The position numbers were made by a program, and so were the translations under genes. Positions 52,060 to 61,221 of a stretch of DNA of 64,000 nt are shown here, piece after piece. This stretch comes from an uncultured Holophagales bacterium (lineage in GTDB: Bacteria > Acidobacteriota > Thermoanaerobaculia > Multivoradales > UBA5704), in NCBI GenBank assembly GCA_963842525.1, contig CAWJGT010000034.1, forward strand, positions 729,294 through 793,293, given 5' to 3'. A model generated the notes under the pieces. The model saw only the letters and a list, made by a program, of their open reading frames with translations. It was not told where the DNA came from and did no database searches. The stretch's first letter is position 1, and every line of letters begins with the position of its first letter.

Positions 52060-52202
52060 ACCTCACCCCCTGGCCCCCCTCTCCCATCCGCCCTCCCATC
52101 CTGCGGGAGAGGGGGAAGAAGATAGAAGCAAGAGAAAAGTGCTTGAGGCTCCCCTCGCCCGAGGTCTGGGAGGGCGGATGGGAGAGGGGCTGGGGGTGAG
52201 GG
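52060..52202. repeat. REPIN-like long inverted repeat
   Basis: CCTCACCCC..CCCCTCTCCCATCCGCCCTCCCA pairs with TGGGAGGGCGGATGGGAGAGGGG..GGGGTGAGG. Confidence 0.75.
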
Positions 52203-52256
52203 GCCGCCATCCCGTATCCTATGCTGGCAGCTCAGTCAGGGATGGAGGGTCCGCGG

Positions 52257-53006
52257 ATGATCGAGATCGACAGCCTCGTCAAGGTCTACGAAGGCAACCC
52301 GGCGGTGGACGGCCTTTCGTTGCGGGTCCCGCCGGGAGAGATCCTCGGCCTCGTTGGACCGAACGGGGCGGGCAAGACGACGACCTTGCGGTGCCTGTCC
52401 GGGATCCTGCCTCCGACGTCGGGACGGATCGCCATCGGCGGCTTCGACCTCAAGGACCAGCCGGTCGAGGCCCGGCGGCGGCTCGCTTTCGTGCCGGACG
52501 AGCCGCGGCTCTTCGAGAACCTCACGGTCATGGACCATCTGCGGGTGGTCGGGCGGCTGTATGGCGTCCCCGATGCACTGGAGCGGGGCGGCGAGCTGCT
52601 CGCCCACTTCGAGCTCGCGGACCGGCGGAATGCTTTCCCGGGCGAGCTCTCGCGCGGCATGAAACAGAAGCTGATGATCGCGACGGCGCTGCTCCACAAC
52701 CCGTCGGCCCTGATCCTCGACGAGCCGTTGACCGGGCTCGATCCCGGGGCCATGCGGCGGGTCAAGAGGACGATCGTCGAACAGGCCGGGAACGGCGCGG
52801 CTGTCCTCATCTCCTCGCATCTTCTCCATCTGGTCCAGGAGATCTGCGGACGGGTGGCCATCCTGCGGGCGGGCCGCAAGGTCGTCGAGGGGACGCTACC
52901 GGAGATCCGCGCCGCGTTGCCGAACCTGCGCGAGGGCGCGGACCTCGAGGAGATCTTCCTCCATGCCACCGAGGGCGGGGAGCCCGACAAGGACGGCGCC
53001 GCATGA
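52257..53006 (+). CDS. ABC transporter ATP-binding protein
   Basis: GPNGAGKTT, LSRGMKQK, LILDEP. Confidence 0.95.
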   Translation: MIEIDSLVKVYEGNPAVDGLSLRVPPGEILGLVGPNGAGKTTTLRCLSGILPPTSGRIAIGGFDLKDQPVEARRRLAFVPDEPRLFENLTVMDHLRVVGRLYGVPDALERGGELLAHFELADRRNAFPGELSRGMKQKLMIATALLHNPSALILDEPLTGLDPGAMRRVKRTIVEQAGNGAAVLISSHLLHLVQEICGRVAILRAGRKVVEGTLPEIRAALPNLREGADLEEIFLHATEGGEPDKDGAA

Positions 53007-54808
53007 ACCGCGCTCTCCTCGAGCTCGTGGCGCTCAGCGTGCGCGGGCGCCTGGTGCGCTGGTTCCGCCTGCTGCGGCAGCCCAAATACCTCCTCGCGTT
53101 CCTCGCGACAGTCGGCTATTTCCTCTGGGCGTTCGGCTTCCGGTTCCTGGGCGGCACGTTCCGACGGAGCCCGATCGGAGCCGTGCCCGAAGACCTGGGC
53201 GCGGCGTTCCGGCTCGGCATCGGCCTCGTGTTCGCGGTGGTCGTGACGGGGGTCTGGATCTTCACCTCTTCGCGGCCGGCCTTGAAGCTCAGCGAGAGCG
53301 AGATCCACCTGCTTCTGCCGGCTCCGCTCACCCGGCGGGAGATCGTCCTGTTCGGCGTCCTCAAGGAACAGCCCGGAATCCTCATCGGAGCTGCGTTCTT
53401 CACCTTCTTCCGATCGGCGGGATCGCCGGGCTCGCGCCTGCTGGGGTTCTTCACGACCTGGGCCCTGCTGGCGCTGATCGACTTGCACATCAAGGCGGTA
53501 AGCCTCTGGAAGGCCCGAGTGCGCGAGCTGCCGCCCGCCGGCGCGCGGGTCCGGCGGACGCTCGCCGTCGTCCTGGCCACGGCCTGGTGGGCCGCGGTCC
53601 TCTGGGCCGTCGTCCAGGCCTGGCTGTCGGCCTTTCCGACGGGCCTGGCTTCGTTCGACAATCCGGGCGTCATGGCCCGCGACCTGTCCCGTGCGCTGTA
53701 CGCCGGCGCTCTGGACGAGCTGTTGGCGCCCTTCCTCTGGCTCTCCGCTCCGTTGACGGGCGGCTCTCTCCTCCTCCGCCTGGCCGGGTTCCTCCTCCTG
53801 CTCCTCGTCATCGCGGCGCACGTCGAGTGGGCGGTCCGGTCGCGTTTCCAGTTCGAGGAAGCAACGCTGGAGCGGGCGCGGCGCGACCTCGCCCGGAAGG
53901 ACCGGGGCCGCCGGAGGGCGCTCGCGTCCGCGCGGTCACGGACCCGCGAGCCGTTCATCCTTGCGCCCACAGGGCCACCCGAGACGGCGATCCTCTGGAA
54001 GAACCTGATGCTCCGCGGCCGGACGCCGCTGAAGGCTGTCGTCGGCCTGGCGATCGGAGGGACTCTGATCCTGACCGTCGCCGGGGCCGCCTTCGGCGGT
54101 GCGGCCACGGGCATCGTGGGCACCGCCGGGATCGCGCTCCTCTGCGCCATGCCCCTCCTGGCCGGGCTGATGCTGCGCAACGACCTGCGGGTGGACCTCC
54201 TGCACCTCGACGTCCTGCGCACCTGGCCGATCTCAGGGCGCCGGCTGGTGGTGGCGGAGATGCTCGCCCCGGCGGCCGGCATCCTGGTGATGCAGCTCTT
54301 CGGGTGCTGCCTGCTGGTCGCCGCCGTGCTGGGGGATTCCTTCAGCGGACGTGGAGAGATCCGGATCCTGCCGGACCGGCTCGTCGCCAGCATGCCGCCC
54401 GGGGTGGCCCTGTTCCTCGTCGTCGTCAGCGCGATCATCCTGGGGATGGCCCTGGCGCTGCTCTCGATCGCGATCCAGAACCTCGCCGCCCTAATGCTCC
54501 CCGGCTGGGTCGGCCTCGGCATGGAACGCCGCCGGGGGACGTCGATGATCGGCCAGAACATCCTGCTGGGCATCGGCCACCTGCTGGCGCTCACGCTCGC
54601 GACCCTTCCCGCGCTCCTCGCGCTCGGCGCCGTGCTGGCCCTCCTCCACCTCGTCCTCGACCTGAAGTTCATGCTCTGGGAGCTGCCGCTCCTCGCCGTG
54701 GTCACCGCCCTGCCGCTCCTCCTCGTCACCGGCGTAGTGGTCCACATCGCCGGGAAAGCCTGGGACCGGCTGGACCCGTCCCAGGAGATCCTCGAGCCGG
54801 CCGAGTAG
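53003..54808 (+). CDS. Putative ABC exporter permease
   Basis: Multi-TM protein with ATGA overlap to the ATPase; LLPAPLTRR, AILWKN. Confidence 0.85.
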   Translation: MNRALLELVALSVRGRLVRWFRLLRQPKYLLAFLATVGYFLWAFGFRFLGGTFRRSPIGAVPEDLGAAFRLGIGLVFAVVVTGVWIFTSSRPALKLSESEIHLLLPAPLTRREIVLFGVLKEQPGILIGAAFFTFFRSAGSPGSRLLGFFTTWALLALIDLHIKAVSLWKARVRELPPAGARVRRTLAVVLATAWWAAVLWAVVQAWLSAFPTGLASFDNPGVMARDLSRALYAGALDELLAPFLWLSAPLTGGSLLLRLAGFLLLLLVIAAHVEWAVRSRFQFEEATLERARRDLARKDRGRRRALASARSRTREPFILAPTGPPETAILWKNLMLRGRTPLKAVVGLAIGGTLILTVAGAAFGGAATGIVGTAGIALLCAMPLLAGLMLRNDLRVDLLHLDVLRTWPISGRRLVVAEMLAPAAGILVMQLFGCCLLVAAVLGDSFSGRGEIRILPDRLVASMPPGVALFLVVVSAIILGMALALLSIAIQNLAALMLPGWVGLGMERRRGTSMIGQNILLGIGHLLALTLATLPALLALGAVLALLHLVLDLKFMLWELPLLAVVTALPLLLVTGVVVHIAGKAWDRLDPSQEILEPAE

Positions 54809-54846
54809 ATCCGCCCCTTGCAGACTTCAAGCTAGAGGTTTTTAAC

Positions 54847-56331
54847 TTGCAACCTGGACGCAATCGCCAGCTCGTCACCGCCTCCGTGATGCTGGGCATG
54901 TTCCTGGCGGCCATGGAGGCCACGGCGGTGGCCGCGGCCGTGCCCACCGCGGTCGGCGAGATGGGCGGCGTGGCGCGCTACAGTTGGGTTTTCTCGGCCT
55001 ACCTGCTGACCTCGACCACCACGATGCCGCTCTTCGGCAAGCTGGCGGACCTGTACGGCCGGCGGATGATCTACCACGTCTCCGTGGCGCTGTTCCTGCT
55101 CGGCTCGGCCCTCTCGGGGATGGCCGGCTCGCTCGAGCAGCTCATCCTTTTCCGCGCCCTCCAGGGGCTTGGCGCGGGCGGGGTGACCCCGATTGCCATC
55201 ACCATCACGGGAGACATCTACAGCCTGGAGGAGCGCGGGCGGGTCCAGGGGCTCTTCTCCGGCGTCTGGGCCCTCTCCAGCCTGGTTGGGCCCCTGCTGG
55301 GAGGCTGGATCACGGACGCCTTCTCCTGGCGTTGGGTGTTCTACATCAACCTCCCCTTCGGCATCGCTTCTGCACTCCTGCTCCAGCGCTATTTCCGCGA
55401 CAAGGAGACGCGGCGCGAGCACCGGCTGGACGTGCTGGGCACGATCAGCCTGACCGCCGCGGTGACCCTCCTTCTGCTGGCCCTTCTCGAAGGACCGGAC
55501 ATCTGGGGCTGGAGCGACGTCCGCACCCTGGGGCTCTTCGCCGGCTCAGCGGTCTCGCTCGCCTTTTTCCTCTGGCAGGAGCGGCGCGCGGCCGAGCCCA
55601 TCCTGCCGCTGGACCTCTTCAAAAACCGCCTGATCGCGGTGGCGAGCATGGGCAACACGCTCCTGGGCTCGCTGCTCTTCGCCATCACGGCGTTCGTGCC
55701 GATGTTCGCCCAGGGCGTGCTGGGCGGGACGGCCATGGACGCGGGCACGATCCTGACTCCCATCCTGGTCGCCTGGCCCATCTCCAGCATGCTGGCGGGA
55801 AAATACCTGCTGCGCGTGGGGTATCGCCGGTTTGCCCTGTTCGGAAGCCTGGTGGCTCTCGCCGGGACCGCGCAGCTTGCGATGGTGGACGCTTCGACGA
55901 CGCGGCTCTGGGTCCTGGTCTCGATGGGGCTCATCGGCTTCGGCCTGGGCTTCATCTCCATGCCCTACCTGCTCGGTCCGCAGAACGCCGTGCCCTGGCA
56001 GCAGCGGGGCGTGGCCACCAGCTCGGTGCAGTTCTTCCGTTCGATCGGCGGCGCGGTGGCGGTGGCGGCACTCGGTGCGTTCTTCAACGCCCGCTGGACG
56101 GCCCTGGCGCCGGGGATCGATCCAAACACCGCCCTCGATCCAGCGCTGCGCGCCAAGGCCGATCCCACGGCCCTGGCGCAGCTCGGCGCCGCCCTTCTCC
56201 ACGGCCTTCAGGGGGTCTACCTGGTGCTCGCCGTGATCGGCGCCGCCTGTGTGGTGGTGGCCTGGGTGTTCCCCAAAGGCACCGCCAGCTCGCACGCACA
56301 TCCAGGGCGCGACGCCATGGCCGAAGGATAA
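54847..56331 (+). CDS. MFS multidrug transporter (DHA2-like)
   Basis: GKLADLYGRR, FRALQGLGAG, WRWVFYINLP. Confidence 0.92.
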   Translation: MQPGRNRQLVTASVMLGMFLAAMEATAVAAAVPTAVGEMGGVARYSWVFSAYLLTSTTTMPLFGKLADLYGRRMIYHVSVALFLLGSALSGMAGSLEQLILFRALQGLGAGGVTPIAITITGDIYSLEERGRVQGLFSGVWALSSLVGPLLGGWITDAFSWRWVFYINLPFGIASALLLQRYFRDKETRREHRLDVLGTISLTAAVTLLLLALLEGPDIWGWSDVRTLGLFAGSAVSLAFFLWQERRAAEPILPLDLFKNRLIAVASMGNTLLGSLLFAITAFVPMFAQGVLGGTAMDAGTILTPILVAWPISSMLAGKYLLRVGYRRFALFGSLVALAGTAQLAMVDASTTRLWVLVSMGLIGFGLGFISMPYLLGPQNAVPWQQRGVATSSVQFFRSIGGAVAVAALGAFFNARWTALAPGIDPNTALDPALRAKADPTALAQLGAALLHGLQGVYLVLAVIGAACVVVAWVFPKGTASSHAHPGRDAMAEG

Positions 56332-56387
56332 CCTCATCCCCTGTCCCCATAGGCGCTAACTTTTTCGCCGGAGGGCCCCCCTGGACA

Positions 56388-56783
56388 CTCGCAGTGGTCC
56401 CGCGGGACCGACAGGATTCACCACGGGACCATGGACGTTCCCTGCGGTGGCTCGCAGTGGTCCCGCGGCACCGGCAGGATTCACCACGGGACCATGGACG
56501 CTCACTGCGGTGGCTCGCAGTGGTCCCGCGGGACCGGCAGGGTTCACCACAGGACCATGGACGCTCACTGCGGTGGCTCGCAGTGGTCCCGCGGCACCGG
56601 CAGGAGCCACCACGGGACCATGGACGCTCACTGCGGTGGCTCGCTGTGGTCCCGCGGCACCGGCAGGAGCCACCACGGGACCATGGACGCTCACTGCGGT
56701 GGCTCGCAGTGGTCCCGCGGGACCGGCAGGAGCCACCACGGGACCATAGACGCTCACTGCGGTGGCTCGCAGTGGTCCCGCGG
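56388..56783. repeat. 63-bp tandem repeat array, left part (6 full units plus the start of a 7th)
   Basis: Unit CTCGCAGTGGTCCCGCGGGACCGGCAGGAGCCACCACGGGACCATGGACGCTCACTGCGGTGG at 56388, 56451, 56514, 56577, 56640, 56703, 56766. Confidence 0.97.
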
Positions 56784-56961
56784 GTAGTGGTTCAGTTTGA
56801 CCGCGGCTTAAATATCGTTTGAAATCAACAGTTTACAGACGGTCGGAACCGGTGTAGGGTCCTCTCCGAAGGAGAGGGAATCGCCCACTCCTGTCCTCAA
56901 CAGCGGCCCGATGGAGTGCTAGCCACACCCCACCGGACCTAGCCGAGCACGGAGATACCCC

Positions 56962-57324
56962 ATGCCCGACCACGACCAGTGTAACCCGCCTGCCTCACCC
57001 ACGATCCCCCCGAAGACACGAGACGAAGTCGTCGCGCAACGTCTCATCCGATGTGCGGCCGGCAAGCTGCGCGAGGCTGCTGCCGTTCTCCGCGGCGTCC
57101 AGCGCTCTCTTCCCGAGCTGTACGACAGCGCCACCGCTGAAGCGATGGGCGAGCACCGCGCGCCGCAGTCTTTGACGTACAGCCTGATCGGAAGTGTTGA
57201 AGCCTGCCTGATGGACGATTTGGAGCCGGCAATCGAAGTGCTCGACGAGGCGGGCGATCTGACACCGGCCGAGCTGTATAACGAATGGCTGGAACGGAAG
57301 GCCGAAAGGGAGGAGCCGAAGTGA
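56962..57324 (+). CDS. Hypothetical helical protein (transposon cargo)
   Basis: 120 aa, GGAG RBS, stop overlaps the next GTG. Confidence 0.75.
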   Translation: MPDHDQCNPPASPTIPPKTRDEVVAQRLIRCAAGKLREAAAVLRGVQRSLPELYDSATAEAMGEHRAPQSLTYSLIGSVEACLMDDLEPAIEVLDEAGDLTPAELYNEWLERKAEREEPK

Positions 57325-57680
57325 AGATCCCGCTCCCGCTCCAGTGGCGTCGTCGTTTTCTGGCGGTCCTTCTCTGGCGCGTAGGTGCGCCTCGTACGCC
57401 GTTCGCTGAGGTCGCCCGGGTCCTGGTAGCCGGCCCCTTCTGTATCGCTCGCGGGTCCCGCTACGGCCTGGACTCCCGCGGGTGTTTCACCTTGTTCCAC
57501 ACCCCCTCGCAGGCCCCCATGTTCACCCTGCCGCGGCAACGGCTCTGTCGGGAAGCGGCGGCCGAATTGGCAACCTTGGACCTTGCCTGGGAGTCTGCCG
57601 ACCCTCTCGCCGTCACCGGTCCCGACTTCGGGCCGGCGGCCGAAGTCCATCGGAAGTGGCAAGCCCGGGAGCGCGCATGA
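57321..57680 (+). CDS. Hypothetical protein (transposon cargo)
   Basis: 119 aa, GTGA and ATGA coupling on both sides, GGAGG RBS. Confidence 0.7.
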   Translation: MKIPLPLQWRRRFLAVLLWRVGAPRTPFAEVARVLVAGPFCIARGSRYGLDSRGCFTLFHTPSQAPMFTLPRQRLCREAAAELATLDLAWESADPLAVTGPDFGPAAEVHRKWQARERA

Positions 57681-58136
57681 AGACGTCCTCTTTCACGGTC
57701 CACGCGACCCCGGAGCAGTCTCTCCGGTGGAAGCGGGCGGCAGAGGCTGAGGGTCACCGCTCGGCCGGTACGTGGCTCGCGATGGCAGCAGACGCCTATC
57801 TGAAGGTCAGGGCAAGAGCAGGGCTTCCCATCCCGCTCGCGTGGCACCGCGGCCGGTTCTCTGTACGCCTGGAAAGCGGCGAGACGGTCCCCGTCAAGGG
57901 GCACCTATCGCCGCCGTTCGGGTCGTTCGCCGGAACCGAAGAAGGGCCGGCTACCTACTTTGGGCGGCATCGGCACGCGCTCGTCTACTTGCCGGACTCC
58001 CGGATCATCGCCACTCTCCGGCGCTTCGCGCAGTGCAAGGCTCTAGCCTCCGAAATCGCTCCCGTGTTGATCCGTGGCGATCCCCTTCCGCCCGCCGCGG
58101 GGATCGTTCGAACGGCATCGCCGGGAGGCGATGTAG
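57677..58136 (+). CDS. RHH-like N-terminus plus unknown domain (probable extra T near 58107)
   Basis: SFTVHATPEQSLRWKRAAEAEG..SAGTWL; removing one T gives IVERHRREAM*. Confidence 0.65.
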
Positions 58137-58189
58137 CAGGACAAGGGCGGCGCCAGGACGGGCCGCCCTTGGTGTGTTACGATAGGAGC

Positions 58190-58441
58190 ATGCCAGACCG
58201 CACACGCAAGCCCAAGCGTCCCCGCGACATCAACCAGCTTGCCTACCAGATCGTCCAGGAAGCCACGGGGCAGGCCCCCAAGCAACCCGAGGAGCCGGAG
58301 GACCCTATCCGCGCTGCCGCTGCTGCGCTAGGCCGATTAGGTGGCCTGAAGGGCGGCAAGGCCCGGTCAGAGAAGATGACTCCAGAGGAACGCAGAGAGA
58401 GTGCCAGGAAGGCCGCGCAGGCCAGATGGAAGACACCCTAG
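58190..58441 (+). CDS. Small basic KGG-motif protein
   Basis: KRPRDINQLA...LGRLGGLKGGKARSEKMTPEERRESARKAAQARW; AGGAG RBS. Confidence 0.85.
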   Translation: MPDRTRKPKRPRDINQLAYQIVQEATGQAPKQPEEPEDPIRAAAAALGRLGGLKGGKARSEKMTPEERRESARKAAQARWKTP

Positions 58442-58471
58442 AGGACTCTAATCGAGCGCCGCTTAGGGTGC

Positions 58472-58500
58472 TTGACAGACACGGTGTTCACATATAAGAT
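58472..58500 (+). promoter_or_regulatory. Sigma70 promoter of the TAC operon
   Basis: TTGACA-N17-TAAGAT with an ACAC-G-GTGT inverted repeat in the spacer. Confidence 0.75.
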
Positions 58501-58544
58501 CACAACAGGCAGAGGGGGAAAAGTGTCCCCTCTAGGAGGCTAAG

Positions 58545-58963
58545 CTGCCCAAGGAACCCATAGAGGAAGGTGCGCGCGGGCGCGTCTATCAGTTCAGGCG
58601 TCCAAGCCGGGGACGAGGAGGAGCACTCGGCCGGTGTCCTGCTGCCGACTTCTTGAAGGGTTGTGACCACAAAATGAAAAAGAAGTTCCAAGGCGCTTTC
58701 CGTGCAATTGGCATCATGGGAGCAGTTGCCACCATGGGCAGCGGTTTAAGCCTTTGAAAGGTAAAGGCGATCCTCTCTGGGAGTTTAAGGAGCACGATCA
58801 TCGACTCTATTGTGTGCGCAATGTCAATGGAAGTTTCGTCGAGGTGATTTTATTGTCTGGATGGAGCAAGGATAAAGAAGGAAAATCGAAGGAAGAGTCC
58901 GTCCAGATAGAGAGTGCGATGCTCCTGTATCAAGAGTACCTAGAAGAAGAGAGGAGGACTTAG
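58545..58963 (+). CDS. RelE/HigB-like toxin (CTG start; 1-bp deletion near 58723)
   Basis: AGGAGG 5 nt before CTG; GRCPAADFL...[shift]...FKPLKG..LWEFK..RLYC...ILLSGWSK...IESAMLLYQEY. Confidence 0.72.
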
Positions 58964-58965
58964 CC

Positions 58966-59331
58966 ATGAATGCTTGGCTGATAAAGAATCGACAGCAGCA
59001 GGAAGTCGATGTGGAGATATTGGAAGAGGCGGCCCTTTTTATGGCTCAGGCCACAATCCAGAACGCACTCACCGGGAGCGGCATGACAAGGGCCGAATTC
59101 GCGCGTCGGCTCAACAGGCCGCCCTCGTTTGTCTCGCGCATGCTCAGCGGCGATCACAACTTGACGATCAAGACGATGGCGCGAGCACTGGCCGCGTGTG
59201 GTCAGGAGGTCAGATTCGGTACCGCGCCGCTGGTGTGGGTCTGGTCGCGATCCGAGAATGCGCGGGTTGCGGAACAGCCCATTGACGCCAAAACAATCGA
59301 GTCCGCCGCGAAGCAACTGCTCGCCGCTTGA
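58966..59331 (+). CDS. HigA-like XRE HTH antitoxin
   Basis: GMTRAEFARRLNRPPSFVSRMLSGDHNLTIKTMARAL, plus a C-terminal extension. Confidence 0.88.
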   Translation: MNAWLIKNRQQQEVDVEILEEAALFMAQATIQNALTGSGMTRAEFARRLNRPPSFVSRMLSGDHNLTIKTMARALAACGQEVRFGTAPLVWVWSRSENARVAEQPIDAKTIESAAKQLLAA

Positions 59332-59351
59332 GAGGAACGGAGGTCGTCCTT

Positions 59352-59861
59352 ATGCCTACCACCGAGAACGAGGTGGACATCAGCGCGCTTGCGCGGGTTG
59401 CTAGCAACGTTGACTTGTCGGAAATTCGGGTTTTTCGGCTTGAAGCAAGTCGCGGACCCATGCAGAAAGGACCGCTTGAGCCACAGATTCACTACGAAAG
59501 CTCTGGCCAGCGAGTCGCGCCGAATCAACTCAACGTGGTCTGCATCTACTACTTTCGTGTCCAGTGCGAGGGGGTGGAGGTGGTTAAAATCGACGTTGGG
59601 TACCTCATGATGTATGAGCTGCTGGGAGAGGTATCCGAGGACGACATCAAGCATTTCTCCGCCGCAAACGGTCTATACCACTCTTGGCCGTTCTTGAGGC
59701 AGCTCCTCTTCGATCTGACTTCGAAGATGGGGTTTCCTCCGTTAACGCTGCCCGTCTTCCAGGCGATTCCTCGCGGTAAGCCTCAAAAGGTGAAGGATGC
59801 CCCCGCTAAGAGTGAGGCCAAGAAGCCGCGCGCCGCGTTGCGCAAACGACAGACGGCGTAA
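59352..59861 (+). CDS. SecB-like chaperone
   Basis: Beta-sheet core then FSAANGLYHSWPFLRQLLFDLTSKMGFPPLTLP, the SecB-type C-terminal signature. Confidence 0.82.
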   Translation: MPTTENEVDISALARVASNVDLSEIRVFRLEASRGPMQKGPLEPQIHYESSGQRVAPNQLNVVCIYYFRVQCEGVEVVKIDVGYLMMYELLGEVSEDDIKHFSAANGLYHSWPFLRQLLFDLTSKMGFPPLTLPVFQAIPRGKPQKVKDAPAKSEAKKPRAALRKRQTA

Positions 59862-59975
59862 CAGCCCCCCTCCCCTCGGCCCCACAATGGACGCCGGCCG
59901 ATGGGAGATCACCCCGCCTTCCTTTCACCCCTTGAGGTGGTGTAGGGCTGTTGTGTATTCCTTCAAGGAAAGGTC

Positions 59976-60004
59976 TTGACTTTCCCAAACCGCTCTGGCA
60001 TAAT
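59976..60004 (+). promoter_or_regulatory. Transposase promoter (probably leaderless mRNA)
   Basis: TTGACT-N17-CATAAT ending 7 nt before ATG 60012. Confidence 0.7.
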
Positions 60005-60011
60005 AGTCAGT

Positions 60012-60861
60012 ATGGCAAACATCCTGAAGGCCGAGAAGCGAGCCGCCGTCATCTCTGCGCTGGTCGAGGGCAACAGCGTTAACGCAACTGTCCGGATGAC
60101 GGGCGTGGCGAAGAACACGATCCTCAAGCTCATCGTAGAGCTGGGGACGGCCTGCGCTGCCTACCAGGACGAGCACCTGCGGAACCTGCCCTGCAAGCGC
60201 GTCCAGGTGCGATGAGATCTGGGCTTTCTGCTACGCCAAGGCGAAGAACGTACCGGCCGAGAAGCGCGGCACCTTCGGTTTCGGCGACGTCTGGACCTTT
60301 ACCGCCATCGATGCGGACACGAAGCTCGTTCCCTCGTTCCTCTGCGGCCTCCGGGACACCGGAACGGCTACCGAGTTCTGCCAGGATCTGGCCTCCAGGA
60401 TGGCCGGCCGAGTCCAGCTTACGAGCGACGGGCACAAGATGTACCTCCAGGCCGTCGAGGACGCTTTCGGTGGTGACGTTGACTACGCCATGCTCCAGAA
60501 GATCTACGGAGGCGGCCCGACCGACAGCGAGCACCGGTACAGCCCGGCTACCTGCCTGGGATCGGAGAAGCGGACGATTCAGGGCACGCCCAACCCTCAC
60601 CACGTTTCGACGTCCTACGTCGAGCGCCAGAACCTCACGATGCGGATGAGCATGAGGCGTTTCACCAGATTGACGAATGCTTTCTCGAAGAAGGTAGAGA
60701 ACCTCATCGCCTCGGTAGCGCTTCACTACATGCACTACAACTTCTGCCGGCCGCACATGAGCTTGGGCGGGCGGACTCCGGCGATGGCAGCAGGGGTGGA
60801 GACGCGCAGATGGACCGTCCAGGACGTGATCGCCCTGCTCACGGAGCGCGGCGCCATTTAA
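60012..60861 (+). CDS. IS1-family DDE transposase (extra G near 60207)
   Basis: HTH LVEGNSVNATVRMTGVAKNTI; VQCDEIW, LTSDG, TSYVERQNLTMRMSMRRFTRLTNAFSKK. Confidence 0.9.
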
Positions 60862-60885
60862 GGCGAGGTCAAACTGAACCACTAC

Positions 60886-60958
60886 GTCCCGCGGGACCGG
60901 CAGGAGCCACCACGGGACCATAGACGCTCACTGCGGTGACTCGCAGTGGTCCCGCGGC
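60886..60958. repeat. 63-bp tandem repeat array, right part (rest of unit 7 plus partial unit 8)
   Basis: Resumes in register after the TSD. Confidence 0.95.
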
Positions 60959-60977
60959 GTGCAGCCTCCCTGCCCCC

Positions 60978-61004
60978 AGATCTTTCGCTACGCTCAGGAT
61001 GACA
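60978..61004. repeat. Solitary REP-like half element
   Basis: AGATCTTTCGCTACGCTCAGGATGACA resembles the widespread GTCATCCTGAGCG..GCGAAGGATCT repeat; no partner arm nearby. Confidence 0.45.
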
Positions 61005-61221
61005 CGACGGGTCTGGGGTCCCAGGACAGACCTTGTCAGCTCGCTAGAAGGCGCCGTTGAAGAGCCGAAATTGAGACACTTATTTTGTGACGAACCCGGT
61101 AGGAGATGGGAGAGGGGGAACGCATCTGAAGCTGTTTCGCGAGCTCACCACCACGGCTTCAACAACCCGATCCGTGGTATGAAAGCGCCGCATCCCGAAC
61201 CTGCCTGCCAAGGAGGAAGAC

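Larger units (their letters stand above)
56784..60885 (+). mobile_element. IS1-family cargo transposon, 4102 bp
   Basis: 30-bp terminal IRs (GTAGTGGTTCAGTTTGACC.CG.CTTAAAT, 28/30 match), 9-bp TSD GTCCCGCGG at 56775-56783 and 60886-60894, DDE transposase at the right end. Confidence 0.93.

Noticed and set aside
56388-56783. 63-bp array as a CRISPR
   Set aside because: Whole units are near-identical with no unique spacers.
57482-58441. 319-aa fusion of the RHH-like protein with the KGG protein
   Set aside because: The KGG gene has its own RBS, and one extra T explains the read-through.
60190-60230. Programmed -1 frameshift as in IS1 insA-insB
   Set aside because: No A6C-type slippery run; removing a single extra G restores VQCDEIW.
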